Origin: Phyllobates terribilis
Lineage: Eukaryota
Length of the DNA: 64,000 bases
Direction: 5' to 3'
Assembly: GCF_046119375.1 (NCBI RefSeq)
Contig: NW_027362763.1
Span: forward strand, 845,370,001 to 845,434,000
Of the stretch, positions 1 to 12,407 are shown piece by piece. The position numbers were made by a program, and so were the translations under genes. Under the pieces are notes generated by a model. The model was not told the DNA's origin and did no database searches. It saw nothing but the letters and a program-made list of their open reading frames with translations. Position 1 is the first letter of the stretch; every line of letters begins with the position of its first letter.

Positions 1-213
1 CCATGTGTTAGTTGTGTCTTCTGAGCAGTTTGTCAGCTTTTGGACACCTTTGAAGGTGTTTTCTATGTGTTTCTATGTGTTTTTGTTTGCCTGCCATTGG
101 TTTTAACGGTGTTCGAAGGTGTTCGACGAACATTTCGACGAACAGTTCGGCGAACACACGGGTGTTCGACGAACCGAACCGAACTCGAACACTACGGGGG
201 TGGCTCAACACTA
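1..213. mobile_element. Right end of a hAT-family DNA transposon (same family as 37702-48710), cut by window edge
   Basis: 1-213 is near-identical to about 48498-48710, with subterminal TTCGACGAAC/GTTCG repeats and terminus GTGGCTCAACACTA. Confidence 0.85.
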
Positions 214-1970
214 ATGATGACCTAATGTTATCAAATTCTGTGTCGTACCTCTAGGTTCAAAATGTTCACTATACCCCTTGATAAAATCTTTGAGGGGTGT
301 AGTTTCCAAATTAGGGTTTCCAATATTTAGGCACATCAGGGGCTCTCCAAATGTGACATGGCATCCGCTCCAGATTCCAGCCAATTTTGCGTTCAAAAAG
401 TCACGGCTTTCCTTCACTCCTGAACCCTGCGCCCAAACACTGTATTTTCCCCACATATGGTGTATTGGCGTACTCAGGAGACATTGCACAAAAGTTTTTG
501 GGGTCCATTTTCTCCTTTTACCCTTATGAAAATAAAAAAATTGGGGCTAAAACATCATTTTTGTGGAAAAAGTTTGATTTTTTATTTTCACGGCTCCATG
601 TTATAAACTTCTGTAAAGGACTTGGGGATTCAGGATGCTCACCACACATCTAGATAAGTTCCCTGAGGGGTCTAGTTTCCAAAATGCTATCACTTGTGGG
701 GGTTTTCCACTGTTTAGGCATCTCAGGGGCTCTCCAAATGCAACATGGCGTCCGATAATTATTCAAGCAAATTTTACAATCAAAAAGTCAAATGGCGCTC
801 CTTCCCTTCCGAACCCTGCCGTGCACCCAAACAGTGGTTTTCCCCCACATATGAGGTATCTTATTACTCAGGAGAAATAGCACAACAAACTGCATGGTTC
901 AATTTCTCCTGATACCCTTATGAAAATGCAAAATTGGGGGCTGAAAAACATTTTTGTGGGAAAAATGTGAAAATTTTATTTTTACGGCTCAATGTTATAA
1001 ACTTCTGTGAAGCACCTGGGGGTTAAAGGTGCTCACCACACATCTAGTTAAGTTCCCTGAGGGGTCTAGTTTCCAAAATGGTGTCACTTGTGGGGGGGTT
1101 TCCACTGTTTAGGCACATCAAGGGCTCTCCAAACGCAACATAGCGTCCGCTAATTATTCAAGCAAATTTTACAATCAAAAAGTCAAATGACGCTCCTTCC
1201 CTTCCAAACCCTGCCGTGCGCCCAAACAGTGTTTTTTCCCCACATATTGGGTATCTGCGTGCTCAGGGGAAATTGCACAACAAATTTTGTGGTCCATTTT
1301 TTTCCTGTTACCCCTGCAAAGATAAAAAAAATTGGGTTTAAAATAACATTTTTGTGAAAAAAGTTAATTGTTAATTTTTTTCTTCCACATTCCAAAAATT
1401 CCTGTGAAGCACCTGAAGGGTTAATAAAGTTCTTTAATGTGGTTTTGAGCATCTTGAGGGGTGCACTTTTTAAAATATTGTCACTTTTGGGTGTTTTCTG
1501 TCATAAAGACCCCTCAAAGTGACTTCAAATGTGATGTGGTCCCTAAAAAAATGGTTTTATCAATTTTGTTGAAAAAATGAGAAATCTCTGGTCAACTTTT
1601 AACCCTTATAGCTCCCTAATAAAAAAAAATTTTGGTTCCAAAATTGTGCTGATATAAAGTAGACATGTGGGAAATGTTATTTATTAACTCTTTTGTGTGA
1701 CATATCTCTCTGATTTAAGAGCATAAAAATTCAAATTTTGAAAATTGCAAAATTTTCGCCAAATTTCCATTTTTTTCACAAATAAATGCAAGAGATATCG
1801 AAGAAATTTTACCACAATCATGAAGTACAATATGTCATGAAAAAACCTTCTCAGGATCAGGGGGATCCGTTGAAGCGTTCCAGAGTAATTACTTCATAAA
1901 GTGACAGTGGTCAGAATTGTAAAAATTGGCCTGGTCATTAACGTGCAAACCACCTTGGGTTGTAAAGGGG
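214..1970. mobile_element. Non-autonomous T2/Kolobok-type element with about three internal 370-390 bp repeats; left end outside window
   Basis: Repeated block GGGGTCTAGTTTCCAAAATG...GGGCTCTCCAAA near 295, 668 and 1062; ends AAAGGGG followed by TTAA (1971-1974). Confidence 0.65.
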
Positions 1971-2939
1971 TTAATAATAACGGAAGAATATTAGTATTGC
2001 AGTGTATTTATATGCAAGCATAGCTTCACCCAAGTTTCAACAAAGATGACCCTACATACAGCCCCATACATATGTCATACAGCCCCATACGTTCATAAAT
2101 TACCACTATACAATTTTATTTAAAAAGTTAACTAAAGTTTAATTGGGAAAATAAAAAGAAATACAATATATGAATACATGTGGCATACATGCTATATACA
2201 TTAAAGAAGCACTTCCATCAAAGTTTTTATCCTCTTAACCCATTCATGTATAGGTACGTCCAAGGTCATGTCCCTGCCTTTGATGCAGGCTCCAGCGCAT
2301 CTTTCCCTTCACATCTTAGCTGATCTGCTCAGCTGATCTGAGATCCACCCATGGCTGTTAACCAGTTAAATTCCTCTGTCAATCACTGTCAGTGGCAATT
2401 AACACGCACCGACCGGAAGTGCATCACAAGTCCCGCCCATCGGTGCCCCTGTCACATGATCGTGGGGCGCAGATGGGTTGTCATGACAGCTGGGGATCTG
2501 TAGAAGACCCCCGTGCCTGTCGTTGTGAATTTCCTATAAACGCCGGCCTGCTCTTTGCATGATATGTGCACATCATTGCACTATATGATTCATTGTGGGA
2601 AACGCATGGAACTCTTTGGCCCACTGATCTTCTCTCTGGATACAGGTAGACTGTATTGCCTTGTATCGACACTACAGTATATATCTTAAGTTATGCTCTT
2701 AGAGACTGTAAATTTGGCAAAATTTGACATAATTTGAATGATTAGCAATATATTAGCAGTGGCCCTGTCTGCCTTTATTTGAGCAAAACATGTTACAGGA
2801 CAATGAATGATACTAACTGAACTGTGGCCGGCCATTGTCTGAAATATGTATCTGGGCAATGCATGAAATGGATGGGTGCTGTATAGGCTTTCAAGCAATT
2901 TTTGCACTATGTACATTAGTCTGTATGGTAATATTGCAG

Positions 2940-3116
2940 CAGGGGCGGACATACTATTTGCGCAACCTTGGCAGCTGCACAGAGGCCTAAGAGGTAAAGG
3001 GACCCACTTCTGCCTCCAAAGCGGAGAGAATTGTACATTATAGTGAGCTATTGGACAGTAAAGGGCTCATATACTGTAACTGCACAGGGGCCCTTTTCTG
3101 TCTGTGTCCGCTCATG
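2940..3116. mobile_element. hAT-type MITE (177 bp)
   Basis: Imperfect TIRs CAGGGGCGGACA / TGTCCGCTCATG; 8-bp TSD TATTGCAG (2932-2939) vs TATTACAG (3117-3124). Confidence 0.7.
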
Positions 3117-3151
3117 TATTACAGTGTGTACTTATATCAACATAGTCTTAA

Positions 3152-4533
3152 GCCCCCGTCACACTAAGCGAGATCGCTAGCGAGATCGCTGCTGAGTCAC
3201 AAGTTTTGTGACGCAACAGCGACCTCAGTAGCGATCTCGCTACGTTTGACACTTAGCTGCGACCAGGCCCCTGCTGTGAGATCTCTGGTCGTGTCGGAAT
3301 GGTCTGGACATAGTTACATAGTTACATAGTTTATAAGGCCGAGAAAAGACAAGCGTCCATCCAGTTCAGCCTATTTCTTGTGCACTGCAGCTATTCCGCA
3401 GCGTTTATCCAGGGGAAGGCAAAAAAAAACCATGCGGTATAGGCCAATTTACATCATTGAGGAAAAATTCACTTCCCGACTCCAATCTGGCAGTCAGATT
3501 AAATCCCTGGATTAATTAACTATCACTAAGCATAAGATGTAATTTTATTGTTCTCAAGAAAGGCGTCCAGGCCTCTCTTGAACTCATTAAGTGAGTTGGA
3601 CATCACCACTTCCTCTCCCAGAGAGTTCCATAGTCTCACGGCTCTGACCGTAAAGAATCCCCTTCTATGCTGGTGCAGGAACCTCCTTTCCTCCAGACGC
3701 ATAGTGTGCCCCCTCGTCTTTGTCACCATCCTTGGTATAAACAGGTCATGGGAGAGATCTCTGTACTGCCCCCTGATGTATTTATACATGTTTATGAGGT
3801 CTCCCCTAAGCCTTCTCTTTTCCAACGTAAATAGGCCTAATTTTGACAACCTCTCTGGATATTCTAGTCCCTCCATTCCCTTTATTACCTTAGTCGCCCT
3901 CCTTTGTACCCTTTCTAGCTCCAATATGTATTTCCTGAGCACCGGAGCCCAGAACTGTGCACAATATTCTAAGTGCGGCCTTACCAGCGCTTTATACAGA
4001 GGAAGAACAATGTTCTCATCATATGCCCCTATTCTTCTTCTGATGCATGCCATGACTCTATTTGCCTTCGCAGCTGCTGCCTGACAATGGGCACTCCAAT
4101 TTAATTTGCTGTTAACCAAGACGCCCAGGTCCTTCTCCATGTCAGATTTCCCCAATGGTTTCCCATTTAATATGTATGGGTGACTGCTGTTTTTCTTTCC
4201 CATGTGCATGACCTTACATTTATCGGCATTGAACCCCATTTGCCATTTTTTGGCCCAACTCCCCAATTTATCTTTGATCGTTGAAGCCCCGCTGGGTAGC
4301 ATGTATCGGTGTGTTTGACACCTTACCAACGACCTTGTTAACGACTCAGACACAGAAACACATAGGCGTGCATCGTTATACAGATCGTTACGGGTCGCCG
4401 CATCGCTGCTGCGTCGTTGGGAAGATCTGACTGTTTGACATCTCACCAGCGACCACATAGCGACGCAGCAACGATCCCTGACAGGTCGTATCGTTGTCGG
4501 GATCGCTGTAGCGTCGCTTAGTGTGACGGGGCC
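3152..4533. mobile_element. Palindromic T2/Kolobok MITE interrupted by a CR1 fragment
   Basis: TTAA at 3148-3151 and 4534-4537; TIR GCCCCCGTCACACTAAGCGA / TCGCTTAGTGTGACGGGGCC; internal palindromic CGATCG/CAGCGA repeats. Confidence 0.85.
3309..4285 (-). mobile_element. 5'-truncated CR1-clade LINE (end of RT ORF2, 3' UTR and tandem tail)
   Basis: Translation DKLGSWAKKWQMGFNADKCKVMH...LYKALVRPHLEYCAQFWAP...LEKRRLRGDLI is typical of the CR1 ORF2 C-terminus; (CATAGTTA)n at 3309-3330 is the reverse of an 8-bp tandem tail. Confidence 0.9.
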
Positions 4534-7500
4534 TTAAACCAAAGCAAAGGCATTGTCTGCAAATTTCGAGATATGCTTGATGAACTTTTATAAACTACGA
4601 TTATTGTACAGATCACATAGGAGCATATGCCCATTCTGTGGAAAGGTCTGAGAGGCAAGAATGACAAATTTGAAGGAGGTGATTATGGGAAAGCTTCTAA
4701 AGCTAAAATAATACCCTAACATATTGTGATCCCATCATGCCTCCCATTCCTGTAAACATTTATAGTATTTTACTTATTATGTTATATGCAATTTATTCTT
4801 ATACAATGAATGATAGTGTTTTTAAACCTTCCCACCCATTGCCAATGGAAAAAAGCTGACATATTTATTATTTTACTGGACTTGCCAAAAACCATGTTAC
4901 TGAGCTATCAATCATTACTTTCCTTCCACTCTAGGCAGTTTGGCACCATAGAAGACAGCTACTCTATGCCACAACTTCGTTAAGCAGAGTGCTGATTGAC
5001 AGGCACTTAGTTTGATTGCTTTCCTTTTGCTAAGCCACAGTTTGATAGTTCAGCTTCCTGACTCATCACACATTTCTGATTTTACTGAATATCCTTCCCA
5101 TCTCCTTTGGCACCTTTCTGTTTTAGCGGCATTTTGTAAATGCTTGTAAAATAACACAGAATATCCACTTAAAAACATAGCTTGAAAACGCAAACGTATC
5201 CACTTTCTTACCTCTAAATCTAAATCCAGTGGGGAAAATAAGTATTTGATACGCAGACGATCTTGACGAAGTTTTTATCGTAGATACACTACAACTGTGA
5301 GAGACAGAATCTAAAAAGAAAAAAAAACAGAAAATCACATTGTATGATTTTTCAATAATTGCACCTATATGTTCACATACAATTCCAATATGTTTGGACA
5401 AACAAATTCATATAGTCTATAACAGATGCAGTTCCTTAAAATAACTCAACACATGGCATATAGGACAGCAGTAGAAAACTTGTCATAGCTTACCTATTTA
5501 TAAATTTGGTGAATATTGTAATTAGCACACTTATTAAGCACGGTGTGTGCACAATGGAAAATGATATTGATTCCCATTCTTAAAGGGAATCTGTCACCAG
5601 ATTTTTGCTAACTAATCTGGGAATAGCAGAATATAGGGGTAGACACCCCAATTCTAGTGATGTGTTACTTTCTGGGCTGCTTACTGTAGTTTTTATAAGA
5701 TCACTGCTTCATCAGCAGGAGATTTTCACTAGAGGACCAGTAAACCTGTTGCCAGGTACAGTAGCCCAACCACGCTCCCCACCACTAATTGGCAACTTTC
5801 TGCTTGTCCACAAAACAGCTGCATGTCAGTGGTGTGGTCAGGGTTATACAGAGCTCAGCATTCAGAGAACTGCTAGATCTGCGGCAGATAAAACAATTTC
5901 AAAACTGGAGCACCCAGTATAGTAAGTGACACATTTCTATAAATAGGGTTTCTCCTCCGACCTCATGCTTCTCTCAGATCAGCAACACCAAAAAAAGGAA
6001 CTTCTTAATAAGGGCTAAAAATATCTTTATTTATAAATCATAAAGATTATTTAATCAGTATAAAAAAGAATATCGCAAGATGGGGGGTACGGATGAAGAA
6101 AAGGTGGGTACACCTGGTAAAATAAATATTTGACACACTGTAAATACTACAAGTAGAAGACCCCCTATAATTAAAATGCGGGCATAGTGTCAATATATCA
6201 TAATTTAGCACATACAGATCACATAAAATGCGCGTTGGGTGTGGTGGATTCCTGGTGTGGAGCACTACAGGTAACGTTACCACTATTCCCCTTATCATTG
6301 TTTGTTTAATCCCTTTATGGTTTGGGATCTTATATGCCGGTCTGGCGTCACTTTTCATTAAATAAGTGACTGTTATCTATTTTATGTGATCTGTATGTGC
6401 TAAATTATGATATATTGATATTATGTCCGTATTTTGAATATAGGGGTATTCTCTTTGTAATATTTACAGTGTAATAGAAGTCAAAAAGCCTTATTGTCAT
6501 CTGCTGGTTGACCTCAATCAAACGGAACCAAGATGCCTTAGGAATGTTGAAGGGGGAACAGATTTGAATGTGAGACCCGGTCAGGTGACGTCCAGTGAGG
6601 AGTTTTTAGGTATAACGGTCGAGCGCGTCAAACGTGAGATGATTTTTGGAGCCAAGCTGCAGAGAGAAGGAGACGTGAGCTGGATGCGCTGAGGAAACCA
6701 TCCTGACAGGTCGGAGGCAGAGACCTATGAGGCAGCACAAGAGGACGCCGGTGATCAAATGCCGGATTCACCGCAGAGGTCCCCCGAGTACCGCGGCCGC
6801 TGAGGAGAGCCGGGATCTGCTTGTGGTACTGAGTGACTTGACAATACCCGATATTGCCCCGTTATCCAATGCGCCAGAGACCGCCTCCAATGGCCGAGCA
6901 AAAAGGAGATAAGAGAGAACTGCATCAGAGGAGTCACGCCAGCAGAAACAGAGGAGCAGCATCGCTGAACAGGACCGTCACTTCAAATGATCATCCACGA
7001 TACCAGGTGTAGTGGGGTTTAGGATGTCAGGTTGGGAGGGGGACGGGCGAAGTGGAAAAAGCCAAACTAGATTTAATTGACTTTGTTAGAAAAAGACTTG
7101 CTGCCTAGCGGGAATAACTGGTGACCCCCGCTAGGGCCATTCACAGAGTTAAAGAACTGCTGTGGTGACTCCCACATTATTTTGGGAGATTGTTCATTGT
7201 TATTGTAAATTACCTGTTCATTCTTGTTACTAACCCCTTGTTTAAAACCTGGTTATATATACAGTATATATAAATTGTAGTGTTGAGCGAGCACTAAAAT
7301 GCTCGGGTGCTTAAAGCTCGGGCCGAGCTCGCCGTGATACTCGGGTGCTCGACCTGAGCAACGAGCCCAATGTTAGTCTATGGGAGACCTGAGCATTTTT
7401 GCGGCGACACCCCCGGCAGTCTGTAGAAAGCCTAAAAAGTGCCCAAAACGATAGTGACAGTGCTCAAAAGACATGGGGACAGCATGGGCATCGCCCCAGG

Positions 7501-7993
7501 AAGCATTTCTGACCCCTGGGTCACTGCTGTCAACAACGTGGTCAGAGGTATTAAGCAACTGAAACGGTTTTCCTCTGAAATATGTTAAGGAACTTCCTTT
7601 CCAGGGTAAAGACTTGTGTATAAGGTAAAATAAATAACCAAAAACAAAAATACACCTCCATACCTTGGGCTATGTTCACAAGTAGCATTTTTTATGCATT
7701 TTTGCACTTTTGTATTGTTTTCAACCGTGACAAATGCATTCACCGGGAAATGTCATTTTAACATTTTACAATCTTATCTGGCCATGTGCTGTGTGACACA
7801 TGCATACAGTGCTGAAAAGACATGGGAACAACATGGGGAAGACCCCTGGAAGCATCTCTGACACCCAGGTCACTGTCTAAAAGTGTGCTCATCAGAAGTG
7901 ATCCTTTCCGCATCAGAAGATGCAGACTTACAAGTATCCCCGTGCAAGTCCTTGTCCCAGGGCAGTGTTCAATTGTACCTCCCCCATTCCTTG

Positions 7994-9138
7994 TGTAACG
8001 GGTCTGGGAGGCGGAACCTCTGAGCTACTATACAAGGGGGCGGTCCTTGTAAGGGAGCGGGTGGCGACCAGGCAGGCAGTCACAGCAGGTGACCGGGACA
8101 GTCTCTGGAAGAACGGGCAGGAGATCACGGCAAGTGACTGGGGCAGTCTCTGGATGAACGGGCAGATGGTCACGGCAAGTGACCGGGGCAGTTTCTGGAT
8201 GAACGGGCAGATGGTCACGGCAAGTGACCGGGGCAGTCTCTGGGTAAAGGGTTGGTACGACCTGTGGCGGCTGATGGTAGATGTGAGCTCCCAGGTGAGC
8301 AGGCGAGAGTCTCTGGATAAACGGGTGGTCACAGCATGTGACGGCGGAGCCTCCAGGAAGACCAACAGACAGGCGGCAGATGAGCGCTCCCAGGTGAGCA
8401 GGCAGAAGTCTCTGGACAGGCGGGTGGTCACAGCACGTGACGGCAGAGCCTCCAGGTAGGCTAGCAGACAGGCAGCAGATGAGCGCTCCCAGGTGAGCGG
8501 GCAGGAGTCACTGGACAGGCAGGTGGTCACAGCACGTGACGGCGGAGCCTCCAGGTAGGCTAGCAGGCAGGTAGCAGATGTGCGCTCCCAGGTGAGCGGG
8601 CAAGCTGGTCCATAGACAGACTGACAGGAGTTGGAAGGCAGACCGTCGGACCTCAGGCAAGCAGGCAGGTAGCTGATGTGCGCTCCCAGGTGAGCGGGCA
8701 AGCTGGTCCTTAGACAGACTGACAGGAGTTGTAAGACAGACCGTCGGACCTCAGGCTAGCAGGCAGGTAGCAGAATATCAGGCAGGAATAAGACAGCAAG
8801 CTGGCAGGAATCTGGCAGGTATCTGGCAGGTAACTGGCAACGGGACCTGAGGGCTGAAGCAGAGTAGTGAACAGTGCAACAACATTGCTCGGGCACCTCC
8901 ATTTTGGAGGAGGTGCCTTATATATGGTGAAGTCCTCCGGCCATTGGCCGGGGACTCCTTAGGACGGCGCGCGCGGCCCCTTTAAGAGGGAGGGAGAGCG
9001 CGCGTGCGCGCCCTAAGCACAGTGGCCGGGAAGGAGCGCGCGCTGCCAGCAGAGCGGGAGGAGGACGCCGGGCACGGAGCAGAGAGGTGAGGGGAACAGC
9101 GTCCCTGCCTAGCAGAGGGCAGGGACGCCGGCGCTACA
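7994..9138 (-). repeat. 3' LTR of Gypsy #1 (contains about 45-bp and about 100-bp internal tandem repeats)
   Basis: Direct repeat of 13353-14497 with about 6 substitutions seen by eye; adjacent GTACCCCCCCCT is the reverse of the polypurine tract. Confidence 0.95.
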
Positions 9139-12100
9139 GTACCCCCCCCTTTAGGCCCCCCCTTTTTTAGGCCAGACAGAAATTTAGCAAGGATGAGAGG
9201 GGCATGGATGTTCTCCCGGGGCTCCCACGTTCTCTCCTCAGGACCAAACCCCTTCCAATCTACTAGAAAAAATGTCTTTCCTCTTACCCTTTTGGTGGCA
9301 AGAATGTTCTCTACCTCAAACTCGTCCTCAGCAGAAACCGGAGCAGGAGGCGTACCTGTAGACTTGGAAAAAGAGTTAAGTATCACAGGTTTGAGGAGAG
9401 ATACATGGAAGGAGTTAGGGATCCGTAAGTTGGCCGGGAGTTTCAATTTATAGGCCACCGGGTTGATCTGACTGATGACCTCCAGAGGACCGATGAACCG
9501 AGGCCCTAACTTGTAAGAAGGTATCTTGAGTCGGACATATTTAGATGAGAGCCAGACTTTATCTCCAGGACGAAATTGTGGAGGATCCAGGCGTTTTTTG
9601 TCAGCGTGTCTTTTCATCTGTTCGGACGACTGAAGGAGTGCGGATCGGGTACTCTCCCAAATGGAGGAAAATTTGCTAACGAGAGATTCCGCAGCCGGGT
9701 TGTCCACAGAGGTGGAGACAGGAAAAGGAATCCGAGGATGCTGACCGAAGACTACAAAAAACGGGGATTTGGAGGAGGATTTGCTCTCATGATTGTTATA
9801 AGAGAACTCGGCCCATGGTAGGAGATCCACCCAGTCTGAATGATGGGCATTAACGAAGTGCCGGAGGTAACTGGTCAGGTTCTGATTGATCCGCTCCACT
9901 TGACCATTGGACTGTGGGTGGTAAGCGGAAGAGAAGTCCAGGGTGACGTCTAGCAGTTTACAAGTGGCTCTCCAGAAGCGTGAGGTGAACTGTACCCCAC
10001 GATCCGACACGATGTGGAGGGGCAGGCCATGAAGACGAAAGATGTGACGAATAAAGTCTTTAGCTAGCTCGGGTGCAGACGGGAGGCCTGGCAGGGGAAC
10101 GAAATGAGCCATCTTGGAGAAGCGATCAGCGACCACCCAAATGACCGTACAACCGGCAGAGACTGGGAGGTCAGTTATAAAGTCCATTGCTATATGCTGC
10201 CAGGGGGCAGCAGGTACAGAAAGCGGAAGGAGGCGACCGGCTGGCAGATGTCTCGGAACCTTGTTGCGGGCGCAGGACACACAGGCAGAAACAAAGTCTA
10301 TTACGTCCTTGTGCAGGGTAGGCCACCAGTAGTGCCGGGTAATAAGCTGGAGGGTCTTTTTCTGACCGGCATGGCCAGCCAGTTTAGACGAGTGACCCCA
10401 GTGAAGGATCTTCTTCCGATCAGGTACTGATACGAACGTCTTTCCGGGAGGGAGACGATTTAGACTCACGGGAGCCACCTGCATTACTCTGGCGGGATCG
10501 ATGATGTGTTTCGGATCTTCCTCGAGATCAGACACCAGAAAGGATCGAGACAAGGCGTCCGCCTTGACGTTTTTGTCAGCCGGGCGAAAATGAAGAACAA
10601 AATCAAAGCGAGCAAAAAACAAGGACCACCGGGCTTGGCGCGGGTTAAGTCTCTGGGCATGCTGGAGGTAAGCCAAGTTCTTGTGGTCAGTGTAAATTAT
10701 TACCGGGTGAAGAGCCCCCTCGAGCAGGTAACGCCACTCCTCCAATGCCAGTTTGATGGCCAATAACTCTCGGTCTCCTATGGAATAATTGCGCTCTGAG
10801 GAGGAGAAGAGTTTAGAGAAGAAGCCGCAAGTTACCATCCTCCCGGAAGATGATTTTTGAGTAAGTACCGCTCCGGCTCCAGAGGAGGAGGCGTCAACTT
10901 CCAGGAAGAACTGCTTGTTGCCGTCCGGGCGATGCAGCACCGGGGCGGAAGAGAAGGCCTGTTTTAAGGAAAGAAAGGCCTCCTCTGCTTCGGGTGGCCA
11001 CTCTTTGGGATTAGTACCCTTACGGGTGAGCGCGGAAATTGGGGCAGTCCGGGAAGAGAAGTGTGGTATGAAGAGGCGGTAGTAGTTGGCGAAGCCCAGG
11101 AACCGCTGAATGGCCTTCAACCCCTCCGGTCGAGGCCATTTCTCGATGGCAGACAGTTTCTCTGGATCCATTCGTAGGCCGGTCTGAGAAATAATGTAGC
11201 CCAAAAACGGAAGCGAGGTCTGCTCAAAGAGGCACTTCTCGTATTTAGCGAAGAGGTGATTCTGCCTGAGCCTGAGCAGGACCTGACGAACGTCCCTCCG
11301 GTGAGTCTGGAGATCCGGAGAGAAGACCAAGATGTCGTCCAGGTACACCACTACGCAGGAGTAGAGAAGGTCCCGGAAGATGTCATTGACCAACTCTTGA
11401 AAGACGGCAGGAGCGTTACAGAGACCAAAGGGCATTACCAGATATTCATAGTTGCCGTCCCGGGTGTTGAATGCTGTCTTCCATTCATCCCCCTGACGGA
11501 TACGAACCAGGTTGTACGCCCCACGGAGGTCCAGTTTGGTGAAGATTCTAGCCCCCCTCAGATGATCAAATAACTCCGGAATGAGCGGAAGGGGGTACTT
11601 ATTCTTCACCGTGATCTGGTTAAGGCCTCTATAGTCTATACAGGGACGAAGAGAGCCGTCCTTCTTTTTGACGAAAAAGAAGCCTGCTCCCGCCGGGGAG
11701 GTAGATTTCCAGATGAATCCCCTGGCCAGATTCTCCTCAATATATTCGGACATCGACCGGGTCTCAGCAGCGGATAATGGATAAATACGCCCACGGGGAG
11801 GAGTAGTACCGGGTAACAGGTCGATAGGGCAGTCGTATGGTCTATGAGGGGGTAGTGTCTCTGCCTCCTTTTTATTAAAGACATCAGCATAAGACCAATA
11901 AGGAATCGGAAGTCCAGGTAGATTAGCTGGGGTAGGAGAAGGACGGACGGGATGGACGGGAACCAGACAGGTCTTATGGCAGTCCTGTCCCCAGCGAAGG
12001 ACCTCTCCGGTCTGCCAGTCAAGCACGGGTGCATGTCTCTGGAGCCAAGGTAGACCTAGCAAGAGGGCGTGAGAGAGTCCAGGCAGAACATGAAAGGAGA

Positions 12101-12407
12101 TACTCTCAGAATGCAGCATTCCCACATGCAGAGTAATGGATTCGGTGATGAGTTGGATGGGGCGTGGTAAGAGACCCCCATCCACGGCAGCAACAGACAA
12201 GGGTACAGCCAGAGGTTTGGTGGGGATGCGGTATTTCTCTACCAGGGACTGTGAAATAAGATTCCCGGCTGCTCCAGAGTCAAGTTGGGCTAGTTCGAAA
12301 TAACGGTTCTCCCCGCAGACGATTGAGACTGACAGCAGCAGAGATGGAGAGGATTTATTCTTGTCTAGGTCGACCTCTCTGAGCGAACCTAGACACAGGC
12401 GTTTCCC
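8982..12407 (-). CDS. Gypsy #1 Pol (protease, RT, RNase H, integrase, chromodomain), expressed by -1 frameshift from gag
   Basis: Frame is open from the slippery site: QLDSGA protease, YLDD RT, RNase H, H-H-C-C and DDE integrase, C-terminal FEVENILATKRVRGKTFFLVDWKGFGPEERTWEP chromodomain. The stop lies inside the 3' LTR. Confidence 0.93.
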   Translation of the reverse strand, partial: GKRLCLGSLREVDLDKNKSSPSLLLSVSIVCGENRYFELAQLDSGAAGNLISQSLVEKYRIPTKPLAVPLSVAAVDGGLLPRPIQLITESITLHVGMLHSESISFHVLPGLSHALLLGLPWLQRHAPVLDWQTGEVLRWGQDCHKTCLVPVHPVRPSPTPANLPGLPIPYWSYADVFNKKEAETLPPHRPYDCPIDLLPGTTPPRGRIYPLSAAETRSMSEYIEENLARGFIWKSTSPAGAGFFFVKKKDGSLRPCIDYRGLNQITVKNKYPLPLIPELFDHLRGARIFTKLDLRGAYNLVRIRQGDEWKTAFNTRDGNYEYLVMPFGLCNAPAVFQELVNDIFRDLLYSCVVVYLDDILVFSPDLQTHRRDVRQVLLRLRQNHLFAKYEKCLFEQTSLPFLGYIISQTGLRMDPEKLSAIEKWPRPEGLKAIQRFLGFANYYRLFIPHFSSRTAPISALTRKGTNPKEWPPEAEEAFLSLKQAFSSAPVLHRPDGNKQFFLEVDASSSGAGAVLTQKSSSGRMVTCGFFSKLFSSSERNYSIGDRELLAIKLALEEWRYLLEGALHPVIIYTDHKNLAYLQHAQRLNPRQARWSLFFARFDFVLHFRPADKNVKADALSRSFLVSDLEEDPKHIIDPARVMQVAPVSLNRLPPGKTFVSVPDRKKILHWGHSSKLAGHAGQKKTLQLITRHYWWPTLHKDVIDFVSACVSCARNKVPRHLPAGRLLPLSVPAAPWQHIAMDFITDLPVSAGCTVIWVVADRFSKMAHFVPLPGLPSAPELAKDFIRHIFRLHGLPLHIVSDRGVQFTSRFWRATCKLLDVTLDFSSAYHPQSNGQVERINQNLTSYLRHFVNAHHSDWVDLLPWAEFSYNNHESKSSSKSPFFVVFGQHPRIPFPVSTSVDNPAAESLVSKFSSIWESTRSALLQSSEQMKRHADKKRLDPPQFRPGDKVWLSSKYVRLKIPSYKLGPRFIGPLEVISQINPVAYKLKLPANLRIPNSFHVSLLKPVILNSFSKSTGTPPAPVSAEDEFEVENILATKRVRGKTFFLVDWKGFGPEERTWEPRENIHAPLILAKFLSGLKKGGPKGGGTVAPASLPSARQGRCSPHLSAPCPASSSRSAGSARSFPATVLRARTRALPPS
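12347..12407 (-). promoter_or_regulatory. -1 ribosomal frameshift signal: G GGA AAC slippery site plus predicted H-type pseudoknot
   Basis: Slippery heptamer at 12401-12407; stem 1 12387-12395 with 12362-12370 (9 bp); stem 2 12374-12379 with 12347-12352; pol is in the -1 frame relative to gag. Confidence 0.8.

Noticed and set aside
3526-4458. 310-aa ORF as a real gene
   Set aside because: It is a chance fusion of about 60 MITE-derived codons to a truncated CR1 ORF2 C-terminus.
6226-6378. Hammerhead ribozyme in the palindromic element loop
   Set aside because: No CUGANGA core with a matching GAAA could be found on either strand.
7920-8701. Long ORFs on both strands in Gypsy #1 LTRs (also 13290-14060, 63373-63949)
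   Set aside because: They come from GC-rich, stop-poor internal tandem repeats; no domain motifs.
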